Made by a program: the position numbers and the translations under genes. Below, piece by piece: positions 26,801 through 35,800 of a DNA stretch of 64,000 nt. How positions within the stretch are numbered: the first letter of the stretch is position 1; each line of letters begins with the position of its first letter. The stretch lies in NCBI GenBank assembly GCA_005776585.1, contig SXOX01000143.1, forward strand, positions 6,032-70,031, written 5' to 3'. The stretch comes from Pseudomonadota bacterium (GTDB lineage Bacteria; Myxococcota_A; UBA9042; GCA-2863065). A model generated the notes under the pieces. That model did not search any database. It worked only from the letters and a program-made list of their open reading frames with translations, and was not told the DNA's origin.

Positions 26801-29800
26801 CCGTCAGGCAGTCCGTGTCCAGGCAGTCAATCGCCGTGTCGCCGTCGTTGTCGTTGCCGTCACCGCACTGCTGCTCCTTGGCGCCGCACGAGGCCTCCGT
26901 CGTGTCGAACTGCTTGTTGCAGTCGGCGTCAATCCCCGCCAGCTTGCAGTTCTTCGCCGCCCCCGGCCGGATCTTGTCCGTGTTCTTCGCCTCCGGGTTC
27001 AGCGGACACTCCGTCGCCTCCGTCGCGTCCGAGGCCTGGTCGTCGTCGTCGTCCGGATCCACGCAGTTCAGCAGCAGATCGTTGTCCGGGTTGGCGACCT
27101 CGTCAGACGTCGGCACGTCCAGCACCGACTTCGGATCGTGGCCGCACAGGATCTCCACCCCGTTCTTGATGCCGTCCTGGTCGAAGTCCGCGTTCGCGCA
27201 CGCCGCCACCAGCACGCAGTCGTCGTCGGCGCAGTCCACCAGACCGTCGGCGTCCTCGTCCTTGCCGCCCGTGCACTGCTCGCCGCACACCACCGTTACG
27301 TCCGCCGCCGGAGAGCCGGAGCCCCCGCACGCCGCCACCTCGTCGACCACCAGCGTGTAGGTCGAGCCCGCGTTCACCGACAGCGATCCCTGCCCGCCGT
27401 CTGCGCACGTCGAGGACACCGCCAGCGCCGAGCCCGCGCACGTCAGGTCCGCGCACCCGTTGACGAAGACGTTGACCGAGTACTGCTTCGTCCCCGCGTT
27501 CTTCACCCGGAAGGTCACCGTCTCCGTCGTCGTCGCCGACAGCTTCAGCACCCCGTCCGCCCCCGACCCGCACGGAAACGCGTTGTCGAACGGCACCAGG
27601 CTCTTCGTCTCGCCGCACGCCACCGGCAAGGCCGACGCGCACGTCTCGCCCGCGCACTCCGGAGACGCCGTACACGCTGCGTCCACGCAGTCCACTTGGC
27701 CGTCGCAGTCGTTGTCGAAGCTGTCGTTGCACGCGTCCGCCGCCGACGTCTCCGTGCCGCCGGGGTTGATGGCCTTGCGCGTGTCGTCGCAGTCCGTCCC
27801 CGTCTTCGGGCACACCGCGTTCGCCGCCCCGCCCGGCACCCCGTATCCGTCGCCGTCGCCGTCCAGGCACGGATCCTTGCAGTCGTCCAGATTGTCCTTG
27901 TCTAGGTCGATCTTGCAGTTGGTCGTGCACGTCGCCACCGCGGCGTCGCAGTCCTGCTCGTTGCACACCTTGTCGCCGTCTCCGTCCGGCAGGCCCTGGT
28001 CGATGGTTCCATCGCAGTCGTCGTCCTGGCCGTCGCAGACCAGCTCCCCGCAGCTCGTCGCCGCGCCCGGCGTCCCGAGATGCGTCTTCGACGTCGAGTA
28101 CGTCGCCGTCCCTGCCGACAAGCACCACACGCTCGCGTCGTCGTTCGACGCGTTCGTCTGCGTCGTCGCGCTCTGGAGCTCAATCGACCGCGACTTGTTC
28201 GTATCCGCCGCATGCCCCAGCTCGCAGGCGTACCCCGTGAAGTCCAGCAGGTCGAGCACCGCGCTCGTCCCATCCAGCAGCTGGAGCTGGTCGCCCACCT
28301 GCGACAGCTGGAATTGCCCGTCGCAGAACGCGTCTGCCGGCAGGCCGTCCGACCCATTTTGGGGGCCCAGCGCGATGACGTAGAAGCCCTTCGCCGCGAC
28401 CTCGCCCTTCTTGCCCAGAGCGACCGCGCAGTCGCTCGCAAACGTCTGCACCTGGCCCTGCTGATTCTTCAGCTTCAGACCCAGGCTCCCGAGGTCGATC
28501 TTCGCGTTCGACCGGTTGTACAGCTCAATCCACTGCTCGCCCGGCAGGCCCGACAGCTTCTTGATGTGCACCTCCGTAATCGCCAGGGCGCCCGCCTCCG
28601 TCTGGCACGTCGCCGAGCAGCCGTCACCCGACGTCGTGTTCCCGTCGTCACACGTCTCGCCCGCCGTGATCTTGGTGTCGCTGCACACCGAGCACGCCAG
28701 CTCCTGCGGATCGTCCAAGCCGTTGCAGTCGTTGTCGCCTGGCACCGCGCACTGCTCCGCCTGATCCGGGTGCGTCGTCGCCCCGCTGGCGAGCGGGTTG
28801 TCGTTGCAGTCCGCCTTCGACTGCGGGCACGCCGACAGATCGCCGTTGTACGGCAGCGTCGCGTCGCCATAGCCGTCCGCGTCCGCGTCGATGCAGTGAT
28901 CGCACGCGTTGCTCCCCGACAGCTCCGGCTTCTTGTCGTCGTCCCTGTCCGACTGCAGCGTCACCTCTGAGATAAACAAGCCCGGGTTGTCATTGTTGTT
29001 GTTGTCCAGCGTGTCGTAGAACAACACGACGTCCACCGATTGTCCCGCCTTCTCCGGCGGCAGCGGCACCGACACCGTGTCGAAGAGGCCAGACGCCGTC
29101 TTCTTCCCCGACTCGAAGATCACGTACTTCTTATCGCCCGCCGCCTTGCACTGCGTCTTCGGCGTCTGCGGATCCAGGCACACGCCAAAGATGTCCTTGC
29201 TGGTCGACGCCTCGCCTCGGTTCGCGTACCGAATCAGCAGCGACGGGAACGGCATCCCCGCCGGGATCGTCAACGTACGCGCCAAAAACGCCTTCACCGA
29301 CGTCTGCCCGCCCGTCTGCACCGACGACACGTTCCCGTTCAGGACCGTCTCCCAGCCCTTGTCCCCTGCGTTCAGCGTGCTCGCCCCGTACTGAAACACC
29401 CGCGTCGCCGCGTTGTTGTCCGGATCGTTGTCGTCGGGAATCAGGCCCGCGTCGCCCGTCGTAAACGTAAACGTCTTCGCACACACCGCGCACGCCGCGT
29501 CATTGGTGCAGCTCGCGTCCAGGCAGTCGATCTTCGTGTCCCCGTTGTCGTCCTTCCCGTTCGCGCAGTCCTCGGTCCCGCAGTCGCTGTCGTTGCCGTT
29601 CAGGAAGCCGTCGCAGTCGTCGTCGTCGGGCGTGTTGCACACCTCCGTCTTCCCGGGGTTGATCGCCGCGACGACGTCATTGCAGTCCGGCTTGCCGAAG
29701 TTCGGGCACTGGCTCGGACCCGGCGTCCCGTTCGCCATCCGCGGGCTCGCCGCGTCCGAGTAGCCGTCCTTGTCCCCGTCCCAGCACGGATCGCACTGCG

Positions 29801-32800
29801 TCGAGGCCCCCTCCTGCAGCGCGTCCCCGTCGACGTCCGACGCCACCACGATCCGGTCGATCGCCAAGCCCGGCGTCAGCACCAGGTTCGGCACCACCGT
29901 GTCGAAGAACACCGTCACCGTCACCGATTGGCCCAGGTGCGCCTTCAGGTCGATCACCAGGTGGTCCTGCGTCCCATCGGTATAACTGGGCTGCGGCAGC
30001 GCGTTGTTCGGCGTCTTGTTGCCCACCACGACCGCCGCCGCGTTGTCCTTGTCGCACGCGCCGCCCGGCGCCACGTTGAAGCAGACGCCCATCACGTCGA
30101 ACGCCGGGTTCGGGTTGCCCTGCAGCTTGTAGACCACCTCGAGCCGGGGCGCGGGGCCGCCCGTCACTGCGTTCGGCACCGCGAAGGTGCGCGTCAGGTG
30201 CGCGATCTTCCGCGTCGCGTCCACCCCCAGGCCCGTCGCGCCACCCGTCTTCCACACGCCGTTCGACAGCGGCAGACCCTGCGTCGGCGCGCCCGGCAGA
30301 TACGCCATCGGACCGGTCGGCACAAAACCCTGGCCCGCGCCCGAGTCGAACGTGAAGTCGATGCTGCACGGCGAGCAGAACGGATCCCCCGTGCACGCCA
30401 CGTCCGCGCAGTCCGTCAGCCCATTGCTGCCGTTGTCCAGACCGTCGGTGCAGTCCTCACCGCACTGCGCGTCCAGCAGGTCCGTCTTCGTGTTGCAGTT
30501 GTCGTCGACGTTGTTGCTGCAGAGCTCGATCTTGGTCGGGAAGATCTGGTCGTTGCCATCCACGCAGTCCTCCGCCGCGCCGCCCGTGCATTGCGCCGGT
30601 GTCGCCGAGCCCGCCGCACCAAAGCCGTCCTGGTCCACGTCGATGCACGGGTCACATCCCGCCTGCGCCCCAAACTCGCCCTTGCTGTCCCCGTCCACGT
30701 CCGACCGCACGTCGATCCGGCCGACGAACGCCCCCTCGAACGCCGTCGCGCCCGCGCCGCCCGCCGACGTGAAGCGCACCACCGCCGTCGGCGAGGTGCC
30801 GCCCAGGCTCGCCACGTCCACCGTCAGGGTCGTCAGCGCCGTCGCGTTGGCGCACGTGTGCGCGTTCGGCGCCCCCGCCGTGCTCCCCGTCGGGTTCACG
30901 AACACGTCCAGGCACTGGTTGGTGCCGTCGCCCTGGAGCTTGTAGGACACGACCAGCTGCGTCTTCGGGATCGCTGCAGACGTCGCCGGAATCGCAATCT
31001 GTCGCCGAATCGTCGTGTCCACCGCCGTCGCCGGCAGCTTCGGCGCGCCGAGCCCCGTCTCGAAGCCCGTGCCGCCGCCAAACGCCGAGGCCCCGTGCGC
31101 GAACGCCCCCGCGCCGCTCCCGCTCCCCGTGATCGTCCAGTCCTGCACGCCCGTCGCGAAGTTGAACACCGACCCGCACGAGGCCACGCACACCGTCGGG
31201 TTGTTGCCCGTGCACGTGAAGCCCGCCTCGATCGCGCACGCCTGCGAGCAGCCGTCCCCGTTGTCCGCCGCCGCGCAGCCGTTGTTGCCGCACCCGTCGT
31301 CGCAGGCCTCGTTCGACGCCTTCTTCCCGTCGCCACACAATGAGGTGCACACGTTCGGGGTGTTCGTGTTGCACGCAAACCCAAATTCGATCGCCGTGCA
31401 GTTCGCGGCGCACCCGTCGACCGCCGTCGTGTTCCCGTCGTCACACGCCTCGCCGTCCGACACGTTCCGCTCGCCGTCGCCGCACGCCTTCACCTTCACG
31501 GTCACGGTCGCCGTCGCCGTCGCGTTCGCCTTGTCCGTCACCGTGTAGGTAAACGTCGTCGTTCCCGCGAAGCTGCCCGAACGCGTAAACGTCACCCCCA
31601 GCTTGTCCCCATTGATGGTCACCGTGCCCCCGGAGGCTGGCTGCGTCACCGACTTCACCGTCAGCACGTCCGGCGTCGTGTCCGCCGTGTCCACGTCCGT
31701 GTCGTTGGCCAGCACCGGGATCGACACCGGCGTGCTCTCGTAGGTCTGCGCTGCGTCGTCGACCGCCACCGGCAGGTCGTTGGCCACCGCCAGGTTCACC
31801 GTGACCGTCGCCGACGACGTCACGTTCGCGCTGTCCTTCAGCGTGTACTGGAAGCTGCCGGAGCCGTTGAAGTTCAGCTGCGGCTTGAAGGTGATCGTCG
31901 TCCCCGAGAGCGAGACCGTCCCCTTGTTCGCGCCCTGCACCGACGTCACCGTCAGCACGTCCGGCACCGTGTCTGCCTTGTCCGGATCAAGATCGTTGGA
32001 CAGGAGCGTGGCCGCCGTGATCGTCACGTCCACGTCCTCGGTGCCGTTCACCGAGTCCGCCACCGCCGTCGGCGCGTCGTTGCTCGCTGAGACCGTGACC
32101 GTCACCGTCGCCGCCGTCGACGTCTTCGGCGCCGACACGCCGTCGGTCGTCCCATTGTCCGTCACCGTGTAGGTAAACGTGTCCGTCCCGTTGAAGTGCG
32201 CCTTCGGCGTGTACGTCACGTTGCCGCCCGAGAGCGCGACCGTGCCACCCTGCGCCGTCGCACCGCCCACCAGCGCCACCGTCAGCGTCTGCGCCGACTC
32301 GTTCGCGGGGCCCTTGCTGTCGTTCGACGTCAGGTCCGACGCCGCAAACGTCAGCGGCGTGTCCTCGCCCGTCGACTTGCTGTCCGCGCTCGCCGAGGGC
32401 GTGTCGTTGACCTCTGTTACCGTGAGAGTCACCGTCTTCGTCGCCGTCTGCGCCGCGCCGCCCGTGTTCCCCTGGTCGTCGATGTCGACTTTGAGCGTGG
32501 CCGCGCCGTTGAAGTCGGCCGTCGGCTTGTACGACAGCGTCGCCAGCGCGTTGTTGGCCGCCGTCACCGTTGCCGTGAACGTCATCGGCGCGTCGTCGGT
32601 ACCATCCGACCCGCCCGAGAACGTCAGCCCCGTCAGCTGCGTGACCGTCACCGTGCCGTTCGTCGGCGTCAGCGTCACCTTCACCGCGCCGCTGGCCGCG
32701 TCCACGTCCGCGACGGAGACCACGTTCCCCGTCCCCGTGAACGTCAGGACCGCGTCCTCGGCGACCGACCGGGTCGCCGGTGCGGCGATCGTCGGCGCAT

Positions 32801-35800
32801 CGTTGACCGCCGTAATCGTAAACGTCACCGTCTTGCTATCGGTCTTGGCGCCGCCCGAGCCCGCGCTGCCCTGGTCCGTCACATCGACGACCACCTTCGC
32901 GGTCGCGCCCGTGAAGTTTGCCGTCGGGCTGAAGCTCAACGTCGCCAGCGCCGCGTTCACGTTGGTCAGCGTGCCCGTGAACGCCATCGCGGGGTCGCTG
33001 TTGCCGTCCCCCGCCGAGAACGACAGGCCCGTCACGCTGCTCAGGTTCACCGTGCCGTCCGTCGCCGTCAGCGTCACCTTCACCGACGCCGCGTCCTCGT
33101 CTGCGACCGACACCACGAGCCCCGCGCCCGTGAACGCGAACGTGCCGTCTTCGGTCACCGTCTGCGCCCCCGGCGCCGTAATCGCCGGCGGATCGTTGAC
33201 CGCGTTCACCTGCAGCGGCACGTTCGCCGTCACCTGCTTCGCCCCGCCCGTGCCCGTCTGGCCCCCGTCGCTCACCGTCACGACCAGCGTGTCTCCGCCG
33301 TCGTAGTTGCCGTCCGGGTCGTACTTCAGGCCGTCCAGCGCCGTCGTCGTCGCCGCCGGCGTGCCCGAGAACGTCATCGTCGCGTTCTTCGTGCCGTCGC
33401 CGGTCGTAAACGTCAGGCCCGTCGTGCCCGACAGCGAGAGCTTGCCGTGGGTCACCGTCAGCGTCGTCGTGACGGTCGTTGCGTCCACGTCCGACACCGC
33501 GATCGCGTTGCTGTTGCCCGCGTTGAACGTCAGCACCGCGTGCTCCGCCACCGCCTGCGTCGCCACCGGGGCGGTGACCGACGGCGCGTCGTTGACCGCC
33601 GTCACTATGAGCCCGATGTCCGCCGTAAAGGACTTCTCCCCGCCCGAGCCCGTGTTGCCCCCGTCCATGAGCTTGACCTTCAGGGTCTCGTTCGACGTCG
33701 CGTTCAGCGCCGTCGTAAACGTCGCGTTCCCGGCCGTCAGATAGGTGTTCAGGTCGGTCAGCGTGCCCGACAGTGTGAGCACGCCCGTGCCGGAGCCCGA
33801 CGCCGTCACGCCGCCGCTGCTCGACCCCGTGACGGTGCCCGACGCCACCGTCAGCGTCGCCGTCATCGTGCCCGTGCCCACGTCCAGATCGCTGAACGTC
33901 AGGCCGGACAGCGACTTCGCGACGTCCTCGGTGACCGCAAACGAGCCCCCCGGCGCGGAGACCGTCGGACCGTCGTTGACCGCGCTGACGGTGATGCTGC
34001 GCGCCAGCGTGTGCGACTTGGCTCCCCCGGAACCGGTCGCGCCCTGGTCGTCGGCCTTGACTGAGATCGACGCTGTGCCATTGAACTGTGCCGTCGGCTT
34101 GAAAACCAGGCCATCCAGCGCGGCGTTCACGTCATCCAGCGTCCCCGTGAACGTCATCGCCGCGTCCGAATCGCCGTCGCCCGCCGTAAACGTCAGGCTC
34201 GTCGTCGTCGCCAGCGTCGCCGTGCCGTCGCTGACCGTCACCGTCATCTGGAACTCCGAGGTCCCCACGTCCACATCCGACACCGCGAACGCGTTGGCCC
34301 CCGACAGCGTCAGCGCCGTGTCCTCGGTCGTCGACGGCGCCACCGGGCCCGACATCACCGGCGCGTCGTTCACCGCCGCCACCGTCAGCGCGATCGTGTG
34401 CGTCGCGTTCACCGTCCCCGCGAACGCCGCGTCATCCACCTCGATGGTCACCGCCGCCGCGCCGTTGTACTGCGCGTTCCCCAGGAAGCTCAGCGTCGCC
34501 AGCGCCGCATTCAGGTTGGCGACCGTGCCCGTGAACGTCGCCCCGCCGCTCGAGGTGAACCCGCCCGCGTCCAGCGTCAGGCCCGTCGTCGTCGTGATCG
34601 TGAACGTCCCGTTCGACGTGCTCAGCGTGACCGACAGCGTCGCCGGGTCCGGATCCGTGATCGACACCTGGTTGCTGCCCGTGAACGCGATGCTCTCGTC
34701 CTCGTTGGGTGCCGCCGTCGCCGGTGCGGTGATGGTCGGGAGGGTGTTTGGCGCGACGCACGAGCCCCCAGACAGCGTATTGCCCCCAGAGCAGCTGAGG
34801 CAGTTGTTGGAGCTCGGACCGTTGCAGGTTGCACAGCTGCCGTCGCACGCCCCGCAGAGGCGGTTCGTCGAGGGCGTGCACGCGATGACCTCGTACTGAG
34901 ACGCCGTGCAGGCCGGGCTACACGCTTGGCAGGTTGCGCCGAAGAAGCCGGTCGCGCAGGTGCACGCGCTGCCGGGCGTCGGGCAGGTAAAGCCGGCCTC
35001 GACGACACACACGCTCGAACAGCCATCGCCGGCTGTGGTGTTTCCGTCGTCACAGCCCTCGCCAGCGTCGAGCGCGCTGTTGCCGCAGGTGTCGGGCGCA
35101 AACGTCTTCGCGAAAATCTCCGAGGCCGTGCCATTGCCGCCAGACCAGGCAACCAGGTACTTCCCGCTCGTGGTCCCAAAGACGGCGGACTGCAGCACGG
35201 CCGTCTTCTGCGTGTCTCCAGCAGCCGGTTGGAAGCTGATGCGGAAGTCCGTTCCGAACTCGTTGCCGACCGAGGGGCCTTCACCCACGAGCTCCTGGCC
35301 GAAGATCTCGATCTCGTCTTGAATCGCGCCATCGATGTCGTCGTCGCCGGTCCACGTGACGAGGAAGCGCTTGTGCGCGTGGTTGTAGGTGACGAACGGA
35401 TTGCCGGCGCCAAACCCGACGTTGCCGTCGGGCCCCGCGTCACTCAAGCGGAGGTCGGCTGCGCCCTGGACGGTCCCGACGGCCGCGACGAGCCGGCCAA
35501 ACACCTCGATCTCAGTCGTATTGGTTGCACCCAGGTTAGCCGAAAATGCGATGAGGTACCTATTTGCGGCCTCACTCCACGCGACGTGGCTTTGTCCCGC
35601 GCCAATCCGCTCGGCGATCTTGAAGTCCGTGCCCAGCTCCGCACCTGTGGATGCGTGGAGCCGCTGGCCGAGGATCTGGCGGCTATTCGGCGGGTTCGCC
35701 GTATTCTGGGTGTTGCTCCACACGACGAGGTACTCGCCCGCCGTCGCGTTGTAGGCGATCGCCGGAAAGTTGCAGTTGACGTTCGCTGAGGACGCGTCCA

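Noticed and set aside
24042-27188. The strong periodicity could have been a CRISPR array or a DNA satellite.
   Set aside because: The periodicity is at the protein level (TSP3 units in one open frame). The units differ in length and nucleotide sequence. There is no repeat-spacer structure and there are no cas genes.
21612-34064. Very long plus-strand ORFs across the giant gene (for example 21612-24734 at 1040 aa, 24800-27169, 24963-27905 at 980 aa, 29040-31343 and 32196-34064).
   Set aside because: They are antisense to a frame with clear domain content. Their translations are Arg/Pro/Ala/Ser low-complexity strings typical of stop-poor alternative frames in GC-rich DNA. They have no SD sequences or recognisable motifs.
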